The notes beneath the pieces were generated by a model that ran no database searches, was not told the DNA's origin, and saw nothing but the letters and a program-made list of their open reading frames with translations. Shown in pieces: positions 19,549 to 27,126 of a stretch of DNA of 64,000 nt (within the stretch, counting starts at the first letter, position 1; each line of letters begins with the position of its first letter). The position numbers and the translations under genes are program-made. This DNA comes from an uncultured delta proteobacterium (GTDB lineage: Bacteria > Myxococcota_A > Polyangia > Haliangiales > Haliangiaceae). The stretch lies in the NCBI GenBank assembly GCA_963848295.1, contig CAWKDB010000010.1:4032001-4096000 (forward strand). The letters are read 5' to 3'.

Positions 19549-20745
19549 TTACTTGCTGATCAGGGTGTGCAGCTTGCTGTGGTGAACACCGTGAGGATAG
19601 AGCCGATCGTACTCGGCGAGCGCGGCCGCGGCGTCGGCGGCGCGATGGGCGCGAACGAGCGCTTCGACCCGGTGCGCGTGCGCATCTTCGAGCATCTGGG
19701 TCGGCGAGCCGTTATCGATCATCCGCGCGAATGCCGCCTGTGCGCGATCCGGATCCCCGAGGTCTTCGAGATAGAGCCGGCCGAGCATGAACTCGGCCAT
19801 CCCGGCGGACTCGTCGCGACGCGCACCGACGAGCGCATGCTCGAGGATGCTCGCCGCTTCGGCTGGCTGGCCCGCATCGCGGCGTTGATCGGCCAGGTCC
19901 AGTGCATCGGCCATCGTCTTCGGCGCGGCGACGGTCTTCGTAGGCGTAGGCGTAGGCGCGAGCGTGGGCGTCCTCGTGTTCTTCGCGCTCTTCGCGGTCT
20001 TGACGATCTTCACGGTGGTGGCGGCCTTCGCAATCGGGGGTCGTGCGACGTCGACCGGCGCCGTCTTCACCGCGTTCACCGGCGCGGCAGGCATCGTCGC
20101 GGTCGGCGGCACCGCGGGCTTGGCGTTCGCGGCGACCGACGGGCTGACGACTTCATCGAGCGCCGACCGGGTGTCGTCGAGCGAGATCTGCTGTCCCGCG
20201 GTCAGCCGCACGACGCGATCCGGGACGTGCTCACCGCGCACCATCACGACTCCGCGCTCGACCTTGACGACGACGTGGTGTTCGTCCGCCTCGACCGTGA
20301 ACGCGGTGCCGACGACTTCGACCGTCGCGCGCGACGTCTCGATCTCCCATCGCCGCGGGCCACCTGGGTGAACGTCGAAGTGGACGCGGCCGCGCTGCAG
20401 CTGCGCGACGAAGCGCTCGCCGTCGTTGGTCAGCACTTGCAGGCGCGAGCCGTGCTCGAGCTCGAGCCGCGAGTCGTCGTCGAACGCGACCTGACGGTCG
20501 GCCGGGGCATCGATCAGCTCGCCGGCGCCGACCGCGGCGACCGCGCTGCCGAGTGGACCGGGGTGCGAGGGCCAGGCGAGCACGACCGCGACGGCGGCAG
20601 CGCAAGCGAACGCAGCCCCGAAGATCCACCGCGGGATCTCGAACGTGCGCTTGACGCTGCCGTTGCGAATGCGTTGCCAGTTCGCAGCGATCCGCGCTTC
20701 GTCGATCGCGGGCTGCAGGACTTGTTCGAGCGGTTCGCGGTTCAT
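19549..20745 (-). CDS. FecR-domain anti-sigma protein with C-terminal TPR
   Basis: TM helix; LQRGRVHFDV, VEVVGTAFTV, VERGVV; TPR-like C-terminus. Confidence 0.85.
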   Translation of the reverse strand: MNREPLEQVLQPAIDEARIAANWQRIRNGSVKRTFEIPRWIFGAAFACAAAVAVVLAWPSHPGPLGSAVAAVGAGELIDAPADRQVAFDDDSRLELEHGSRLQVLTNDGERFVAQLQRGRVHFDVHPGGPRRWEIETSRATVEVVGTAFTVEADEHHVVVKVERGVVMVRGEHVPDRVVRLTAGQQISLDDTRSALDEVVSPSVAANAKPAVPPTATMPAAPVNAVKTAPVDVARPPIAKAATTVKIVKTAKSAKNTRTPTLAPTPTPTKTVAAPKTMADALDLADQRRDAGQPAEAASILEHALVGARRDESAGMAEFMLGRLYLEDLGDPDRAQAAFARMIDNGSPTQMLEDAHAHRVEALVRAHRAADAAAALAEYDRLYPHGVHHSKLHTLISK

Positions 20746-21359
20746 GGCGCCGCCTCCTCTCCGAGATGATCGCTGACGATCGCCTCGGCCTCACCCAGGC
20801 GTCTCTTCACGGTAGCGAGCGAGCACTCGCACGCGGTCGCGATGTCTTCGAGCTGATAGCCGACGACGTGGCGCAGGACCCACGGCGTTTTCAACTTGAG
20901 CGCCATCCGGCCGAGCGCGCGATCGATCAGCGCGAGCTCGGCGCGCTGTTCAGGCGATGCGTCGGTGCTGGCTTGATCGTGCAACGACGCCTCGAGCTCG
21001 TTCGCCGACCACAGCCGCGTGAACTTGCGCCATCGAAATCGGCGATGCACGCGGCTGACCGCGATCTGGCACAACCAACCGCGCAGCGCGGCGGGCTCGA
21101 CCAAGCGATCGAGCTTCTCGAACGCGATCATGAACGTCTCCTGCACGATGTCATCGACATCGGCTTCTTCGCGCAACAGGCGTTGCGCGGTGCTCGCGAC
21201 CCGGCGCACGTAGCGGCGATAGATCGCCTCGGTCGCCCACGCATCTCCAGCGCGAGCGCGCTCGACCAACTCGCCATCGCTCGTACCGGGTGCCGGTAGC
21301 GCGATGATTTCAGCCGGTTCGGGCGCCGCGACCATGGAGAGAAGAGCCACGAGCCACAT
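20742..21359 (-). CDS. ECF sigma factor
   Basis: LVERARAGD, DIVQETF, CSLATVKRRL; start may be slightly downstream. Confidence 0.9.
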   Translation of the reverse strand: MWLVALLSMVAAPEPAEIIALPAPGTSDGELVERARAGDAWATEAIYRRYVRRVASTAQRLLREEADVDDIVQETFMIAFEKLDRLVEPAALRGWLCQIAVSRVHRRFRWRKFTRLWSANELEASLHDQASTDASPEQRAELALIDRALGRMALKLKTPWVLRHVVGYQLEDIATACECSLATVKRRLGEAEAIVSDHLGEEAAP

Positions 21360-21441
21360 GAAACGGCTCGATCATGTCACGTAATGATGTCGCGGTGTTG
21401 CGCGGTTATTCGAGGGTGCGCCGAGGTGCGAGCGACCGTCG

Positions 21442-22017
21442 TTACGGGAGTTTGCGCCGCTTCGCCTTCAGCTTGGCGCGCGGTTTCGCTGCCGGTCTGC
21501 GCGGCTTGACCTTCGGTCTTCGACGCGTTGGGGTGGCCTTGCGCCCCAGCTCTGGTGGCGCCACCTCGGCCATCGCGACGATCTGCGCGTACTCGCCAGC
21601 GGTCGCGGGCTGAACCGACAGCCGGCTCTGGCGAAACAACACCATGTTCGCGAGCATCGGCTCGGCGCGCAGGCGCGCGAGCGAGACGTAGTGCGGCAGC
21701 TTCGCGACGAACGCGACGTCGACGCAGTCCCAGATCGGCTTGTCGCGAGTCGCTCGCGGATCGAAGTACGGGCTGGCCGGATCGAACTGGGTCTCGTCGA
21801 TCACGCCGACGCGAACCACGCGCGCGAGCCCGGCGACGCCCGGTGGCTCGGTGCTCGAGTGGTAGAACAACACCGCGTCGTCGACCTGCATCTGGCGCAT
21901 GTACGAGCGCGCGAATGCACTGCGCACGCCGCTCCACGGTTCGGTGCCGACGCGCTCGAGATCGTCGATCGAGAACGTCTCGGGCTCGGTCTTCATCAGC
22001 CAATGCTGCTGGGTCAC
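21442..22017 (-). CDS. EVE domain protein with basic C-terminal tail
   Basis: WLMKTEP, WSGVR, FYHSS, DETQFDP.SPYFDP, RLSVQP. Confidence 0.9.
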   Translation of the reverse strand: MTQQHWLMKTEPETFSIDDLERVGTEPWSGVRSAFARSYMRQMQVDDAVLFYHSSTEPPGVAGLARVVRVGVIDETQFDPASPYFDPRATRDKPIWDCVDVAFVAKLPHYVSLARLRAEPMLANMVLFRQSRLSVQPATAGEYAQIVAMAEVAPPELGRKATPTRRRPKVKPRRPAAKPRAKLKAKRRKLP

Positions 22018-22048
22018 CCACGGACTATAGCCCGCGTATGATCGCGCG

Positions 22049-22549
22049 ATGTCGATCCGCCCGGCGCGCGCCGAGGACTTCGCGGTGATCGCCGCGATCA
22101 CGAACCACTACATCGCGACCACCGTGATCCATTTCGGCTATGACCCGGTGACGGCCGACGAGCTCCACGCGAGCTGGCAACGCGATCGCGAGCGCTATCC
22201 CTGGCTGGTCTCGACCGACGAAGCCGGCGGAGTGATCGGCTATGCGAAGTCCGGCACGTGGCGCGAGCGCGCGGCCTATCGCTGGACGACCGAGGTCGGA
22301 CTCTATCTCGCCGCCGACGTCCGCGGTCGCGGGCTAGGCACCGCGCTGTACCGCGAGCTGCTCGACGAGGTCGCACGGCGCGGGTTCCGATCCGCGATCG
22401 GCGGGATCACGCTGCCGAACGACGCGAGCCTCGCACTGCACCATCGCCTCGGCTTCGTGTCGGTCGGGATCGTGCGCGAGGCAGGGTTCAAGGCGGAGCG
22501 CTGGCACGACGTCGAGTTCTTCCAGAAGAAGCTCGCGACCGCGCCGTGA
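22049..22549 (+). CDS. GNAT acetyltransferase (phosphinothricin acetyltransferase-like)
   Basis: WRERAAY, RGRGLG, ITLPNDASLALH, GFK..RWHDV. Confidence 0.9.
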   Translation: MSIRPARAEDFAVIAAITNHYIATTVIHFGYDPVTADELHASWQRDRERYPWLVSTDEAGGVIGYAKSGTWRERAAYRWTTEVGLYLAADVRGRGLGTALYRELLDEVARRGFRSAIGGITLPNDASLALHHRLGFVSVGIVREAGFKAERWHDVEFFQKKLATAP

Positions 22550-22642
22550 TAACCGCGTCAAGCGCTGATTCGCCGTCCGGAGCGGCGGGATCATTCGCGG
22601 TCCGCCCGACGATGACTGCGCAACTCGCGTCTCGTAGAATAC

Positions 22643-23518
22643 GTGCGCGTGGCCGCCGCGAAGTTATCGAAGGAGAGCCTGTTCTCGCGCGGCGCCGCGC
22701 GCGAGAAGAACCTGGCGTACTTCGCGCTCCTCGATCGCAAGCTCGCTCGCAAGGACATCCCGCACACCCGGTTCGTCAGCCTGTATCAGGGGACGGTGAC
22801 CGCGCTCGATGACGTCAACTGGCGCACCGCCGGCATGTGCATCGTCAAGAAGCCGGTGCTGAAGGTGATCGCGGTCGGCACCGCGGGCCAGGTGTTCGCG
22901 TACGTCGGCGGCAACGCGATGGCCGAATCGATCGCCCCGACGCCGACCGACTTGCGCGGCTGCACCGTCGTCGGCGGCTACGCGTATGCGTGCGGCGCGA
23001 ATCGCGAAGTGTTCCGCCGCTACGCCGAGGGCAAGTGGCTCGCGATGCCGGCGCCGAGCGGCGGCTCGTTCGAGGCGATCGCGGGGTACCACGACCGCGA
23101 GATCTATGCGGTCGGCGCCGACGGCGAGATCTGGCAGCTCGAGAACACCGACTGGCTCCAGCGCACGAGCCCGGTGAAGGTCGCGCTCACCGGCGTGTGC
23201 TGCGCGGACGACGATCGCGTGTATGCGGTCGGCCAGCGCGGCACGCTCGTCGTAGGCCGCGACGACACGTGGAAGAAGTTGCCGCAACCGAAGCTGACCG
23301 ACGATCTCTGGGATGTGTGCTGGTTCGGCGGCAAGCTGTACGCGGCGAGCACCTCGACGTTGTACGTGCTGAAGGGCTCGGTGCTCGCGCCGGTCGACTT
23401 CGGCTCGGCCGCGCCGAAGAGTTGCTACCGGCTGACCCACGCCGACGGCGTGCTGTGGTCGATCGGCCAAGACAGCGTCGCGTTCTACGACGGCGTCAAG
23501 TGGACGCGTTGGGACTGA
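22643..23518 (+). CDS. hypothetical beta-propeller protein
   Basis: Repeated YAVG..G.I/L blades; alternative start 22649. Confidence 0.65.
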   Translation: MRVAAAKLSKESLFSRGAAREKNLAYFALLDRKLARKDIPHTRFVSLYQGTVTALDDVNWRTAGMCIVKKPVLKVIAVGTAGQVFAYVGGNAMAESIAPTPTDLRGCTVVGGYAYACGANREVFRRYAEGKWLAMPAPSGGSFEAIAGYHDREIYAVGADGEIWQLENTDWLQRTSPVKVALTGVCCADDDRVYAVGQRGTLVVGRDDTWKKLPQPKLTDDLWDVCWFGGKLYAASTSTLYVLKGSVLAPVDFGSAAPKSCYRLTHADGVLWSIGQDSVAFYDGVKWTRWD

Positions 23519-24223
23519 CTACAGCCGGGCGCGAAGCTCGATGTCGTCGGCTTCGATCGCGGCGCGCAGCCGGGTCAGCGTATCGAGTCGGATCCGCGCT
23601 TTAGTGGCGGCGTGCGCGGCGCGATTCAGGCGCTGGAGCTGCGCCATCACGGTGCTCGCGGTGGCGGAGAGCTCGCCCGCTGGGACGACGCGATCGAAGA
23701 ACCCGGCGCTGACCGCACCGTCGGGGTCGAACATCTCGGACAGCGCGACCGCGCGATGGAAGTGAGTCGGTGATAAGCGCTCGCGGCACAGCGTCGCGGC
23801 GAAGTGCGGCATCGTCAGGCCGATCGCGACCTCGTTCGCGCCGATCTTGAACGCGCCTTGCGTCGCGATCCGATACTCGCCGGCCAACGCGAGGAACGCG
23901 CCCATCGCGACCGCATGGCCGTTGCATGCGACGACGACGGGCAGCGGGAACGCGAACACTCGCGCGACCAGCTCGAAGCCGGCGCGGACGAGCCGCGCGG
24001 CATCGGCGCCGCCCGCGCCCAGGATCTTGAGATCGAAGCCGCCGGACAACACGCCGTCGCGGCCGGTGAGCACGACGCCGGCGTGATCGGCCTCGGCGCG
24101 CCCGAAGGCGGCGTCGAGCTCCTCGAACATCGCGAACGACAGCGCGTTGGCCTTGCCGTCGTCCATCGCGATCGTTGCGGTTCCATCGGCGAGCTCGTAG
24201 CGGACGCGTTGGGTCATGGTCAC
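23519..24223 (-). CDS. crotonase/enoyl-CoA hydratase family protein
   Basis: MDDGKANALS, SGGFDL, GHAVAMGA, NEVAIG. Confidence 0.9.
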   Translation of the reverse strand: MTMTQRVRYELADGTATIAMDDGKANALSFAMFEELDAAFGRAEADHAGVVLTGRDGVLSGGFDLKILGAGGADAARLVRAGFELVARVFAFPLPVVVACNGHAVAMGAFLALAGEYRIATQGAFKIGANEVAIGLTMPHFAATLCRERLSPTHFHRAVALSEMFDPDGAVSAGFFDRVVPAGELSATASTVMAQLQRLNRAAHAATKARIRLDTLTRLRAAIEADDIELRARL

Positions 24224-24255
24224 GGCCGCGATACTAGCGGCAATGCCGCTCAGAT

Positions 24256-24315
24256 AACGTTGACCTTGACCTGAACCTGAACTTGAACGGCAGCTTAGAC
24301 GTTGTCGTTGACACC
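24256..24315 (+). repeat. degenerate hexamer tandem array (RAC-NNN-type units)
   Basis: AACGTT GACCTT GACCTG AACCTG AACTTG AACGGC AGCTTA GACGTT GTCGTT GACACC. Confidence 0.65.
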
Positions 24316-24348
24316 GCAACCCAGAGTTGTGTGGCCGATAGCCCGGTC

Positions 24349-24505
24349 ATGCTCAGCTTCCAGAAGCTTCGCGTCTATCAACGCTCGATCGAGTTCCTCG
24401 CGCTGGCACTGGAGATCATCGGCGAGCTTCCGAAGGGTCATGCCGAGCTTGCCGATCAGCTGGTCGGCGCCGCGCAGTCGCAACGTCGTAACATCGCCGA
24501 GGGTG
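24349..24505 (+). pseudogene. four-helix-bundle protein (23S rRNA IVP-like), 3'-truncated
   Basis: MLSFQKLRVYQRS...LADQL..AAQS...NIAEG; family pattern stops right after NIAEG. Confidence 0.8.
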
Positions 24506-25156
24506 CTCCTCGCGAACGTCTATTTACACGAGGTGCTCGACACGTGGTTCGAGACGGACGTGAAGCCTAGGCTGCAAGGCCACGCGTTTCTCATCCGGTA
24601 CGCGGACGACGCTGTCCTCGTATTCTCGTCGGAAAAGTGACGCTCGCAAGGTGATGGACGTACTGCCGAAACGATTCGGCAAATACGGACTGAAGCTCCA
24701 TCCAACGAAGACGCGGCTGGTGAGGTTTGTCCGGCCGCATCACAACGACACCCCGAAGGACGTGGACACCGAGAGCTTCGATCTTCTCGGCTTCACGCAC
24801 TTCTGGGGAAAGTCGCTGAAGAAAATGTGGGTGGTGAAGCGGCAGACAGCTCGCAGCCGATTCGGTCGCGCGCTTCAACGGGTCAGCCAGTGGTGCAGGA
24901 TTCATCTGCACGACAAGATCGCCAGACAGCACAAACACCTCTCGCAGATGCTTCGCGGGCACTACGGCTATTACGGCATCACCGGAAACGCCAACGTGCT
25001 CTCGCGCGCTTCTTCTACGAGGTGACGCATGTCTGGCAGAAGTGGCTGCACCGACGGACAGGACGCGGTGCGATGCCGTGGCCACGATTCATGCGCGTGC
25101 TGGAGCGATATCCGCTTCCGCCACCCAAGGTCGTCCATAGCGTCTACCGGACGTAG
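24505..25156 (+). pseudogene. group II intron reverse transcriptase/maturase fragment with two frameshifts and no endonuclease domain
   Basis: LLANVYLHEVLD, RYADD, LKLHPTKTRLV, FDLLGF, LRGHYGYY across three frames; shifts near 24636 and 25005. Confidence 0.88.
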
Positions 25157-25172
25157 CGAACCCGTGGACGAA

Positions 25173-25241
25173 GAGCCGGATGCCGGAAATCGGCACGTCC
25201 GGATCTGTGGGAGCCCCGGGTCACACCCGGGGCAACGCGAC
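25173..25241 (+). ncRNA. group II intron domains V and VI
   Basis: GAGCCGGATGCCGGAAATCGGCACGTCCGGATC with AGC triad, GAAA loop and AC bulge; CCCCGGG-TCACA-CCCGGGG stem. Confidence 0.88.
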
Positions 25242-25306
25242 TGATACTAGCGCAGCGCGATGTGCCTTGTTGACCGTGGCGTCGACCGTGCCCATGTTCA
25301 TCGGTC

Positions 25307-26194
25307 ATGAGCACCAAAGAGGTCATTCGGGTGGTGACTGCGCATCGCCAGAGCGAAGGCGGTGGGTTCATCGTGCGCCGCCCGGTGCCGACCGCCGGGC
25401 TCGAGCTCGTCGACCCGTTCTTGCTGATCGACGAGATGGGCCCGATCGATTACGCGCCGGGTGAAGCGGTCGGGGCTCCCGACCATCCGCATCGCGGGTT
25501 CGAGACGATCACCTACGCCCTCGCCGGCGAATTCGAGCACGAGGATTCGGCCGGTCACGCCGGCAAGCTCGCTGCAGGCGACGTGCAATGGATGACTGCA
25601 GGCGGCGGCATCGTTCACTCCGAAGAGCCGTCGCAACGGATCCGCGACCAGGGCGGTCGCGTCCACGGCTTTCAGGTCTGGGTCAACCTGCCGGCGAAGC
25701 TCAAGATGACGCAGCCGCGTTACCAAGAGGTCAAGTCGGCCGCGATTCCGCGCGCCGAGACCCCCGACGGCCGGGCTCGGGTCGTGGTCATCGCCGGCTC
25801 GGCGCTCGGCGTCGACGCGGTGATCGACACGCACACGCCGGTCGCGTATCAGGACTGGACGCTCGACGCCGGCGGTGACGCGACCGTCACGCTCGATCAC
25901 GGCGAGCGTGCGCTGGTCTATGTATTCGGCGGCTCGGCGCGCATCGGCGATGAAGGTCGCGTGATCGGCGACGGCCAGCTCGCGATCCTCGGCGAAGGCA
26001 CGACCGTCCGGCTGCGCGGGCCCGAGGCCGGCGCATCGGCGCGGCTGTTGCTGCTCGCGGGAACGCCGCTGCACGAGCCGGTCGCGCGCTACGGTCCGTT
26101 CGTGATGAACACGCGCGACGAGCTGATCCAGGCGTTCGACGACTACCAGAGCGGCCGGATGGGCGAGATCACGCGGACCGCGCGCGTTGCCTGA
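25307..26194 (+). CDS. pirin family protein
   Basis: DPFLL, HPHRGFETIT, QWMTAG.GIVHSE, YGPFVMNT. Confidence 0.95.
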   Translation: MSTKEVIRVVTAHRQSEGGGFIVRRPVPTAGLELVDPFLLIDEMGPIDYAPGEAVGAPDHPHRGFETITYALAGEFEHEDSAGHAGKLAAGDVQWMTAGGGIVHSEEPSQRIRDQGGRVHGFQVWVNLPAKLKMTQPRYQEVKSAAIPRAETPDGRARVVVIAGSALGVDAVIDTHTPVAYQDWTLDAGGDATVTLDHGERALVYVFGGSARIGDEGRVIGDGQLAILGEGTTVRLRGPEAGASARLLLLAGTPLHEPVARYGPFVMNTRDELIQAFDDYQSGRMGEITRTARVA

Positions 26195-26233
26195 TAAGGA
26201 GCGGCCCCGCTCTCGAGCTGCGCTCTTCGCGGC

Positions 26234-26986
26234 CTAGTGTGGCGCCGGTGCAGGACCCGCGAACCGAGCGTCCAGCTCGCCGAGCATCTGGCGGACATGT
26301 TCGCCGGCCTTCGTGTAGCGCTGCGCATGGTCGTCGCCAAACGCGCCTTGATCGACGCACACGACGACGAGCCGGAACGTGCCGTTCGGACGCGGCTGCG
26401 GCACGAACTTCACCGTCGCGCTCGTCCACTGGCCGGGGTCGAGCGTGCTGACCTCGGTCTCCGCCATCGTCTTGATGCCGTCGGTCGTCAGCTTGTAGAT
26501 CCAGACCTCGACGCGTGAAGCGCCGCGATTCGTGAACGCGTACTTGTGACCGCCGCTGTAGATGTCCTCGACGTCGACGCCGAGCTGGGCCAACGTGTCG
26601 ATCTCGGGCGCGACGAGCTTGACCAGCTCGAGCTGGCCCGAGGCGGTCGGCGGCGTCACGTCGACATCTTTGACGCTCGCCGCGAGCTTGGCGTTGACGG
26701 TTGGAACCAGCGGTGGTGGGTCGGTGTTCTGGGGCCCGGTCCGCGGCGGCGCATCGTGAGGATCACCTTCTCGCGGTGGATCGCGGTACACCGCGGGCTC
26801 GTTCGGAGGCGGGCCGCTGCTGTAGCTCTGCGCCGGGCCGCTGCTGCTCGGTCCTCCGGACGGCACCATGCCCTGATATCCGCTCGGGCCATACGACGAG
26901 CAGCGAGAGTCCTGACAGGGCCCACTACACGCGCTGGCGAGGAGCGCGATCGCGACGGAAACTGCTCGAAACACCTCGGCCGCCAT
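26234..26986 (-). CDS. hypothetical lipoprotein
   Basis: LLASAC lipobox; Pro/Ser-rich linker. Confidence 0.6.
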   Translation of the reverse strand: MAAEVFRAVSVAIALLASACSGPCQDSRCSSYGPSGYQGMVPSGGPSSSGPAQSYSSGPPPNEPAVYRDPPREGDPHDAPPRTGPQNTDPPPLVPTVNAKLAASVKDVDVTPPTASGQLELVKLVAPEIDTLAQLGVDVEDIYSGGHKYAFTNRGASRVEVWIYKLTTDGIKTMAETEVSTLDPGQWTSATVKFVPQPRPNGTFRLVVVCVDQGAFGDDHAQRYTKAGEHVRQMLGELDARFAGPAPAPH

Positions 26987-27126
26987 TATTACTCGAAGCG
27001 CGCCGCCGCGCCATTCCGCGTTACCGAGCCCCGCCCGGCGAAGTAACGACCTTCGTTGAGCCTTTCGGCCAGGTTGCTAGCCGGCTTCGCCGTGGCCACA
27101 ACGGTAGGTCAAAGGAAGGATTCGTC

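Larger units (their letters stand above)
24505..25241 (+). mobile_element. group II intron 3' remnant (RT/maturase C-half plus RNA domains V-VI)
   Basis: RT fragment followed by DV and a DVI hairpin ending in AC; 5' RNA domains and N-terminal RT subdomains absent. Confidence 0.88.

Noticed and set aside
21442..22549. EVE plus GNAT as a defence or toxin-antitoxin pair
   Set aside because: The genes are divergent, the GNAT is of the common PAT type, and no nuclease or antitoxin is present.
24256..24315. CRISPR array or rRNA intervening sequence
   Set aside because: 6-nt period with no spacers, no cas genes and no rRNA sequence nearby.
24349..25241. Diversity-generating retroelement (Avd-like gene plus RT)
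   Set aside because: The RT has group II intron signatures (YADD, maturase domain, DV/DVI). I saw no template/variable repeat pair differing at adenines, and both genes are truncated.
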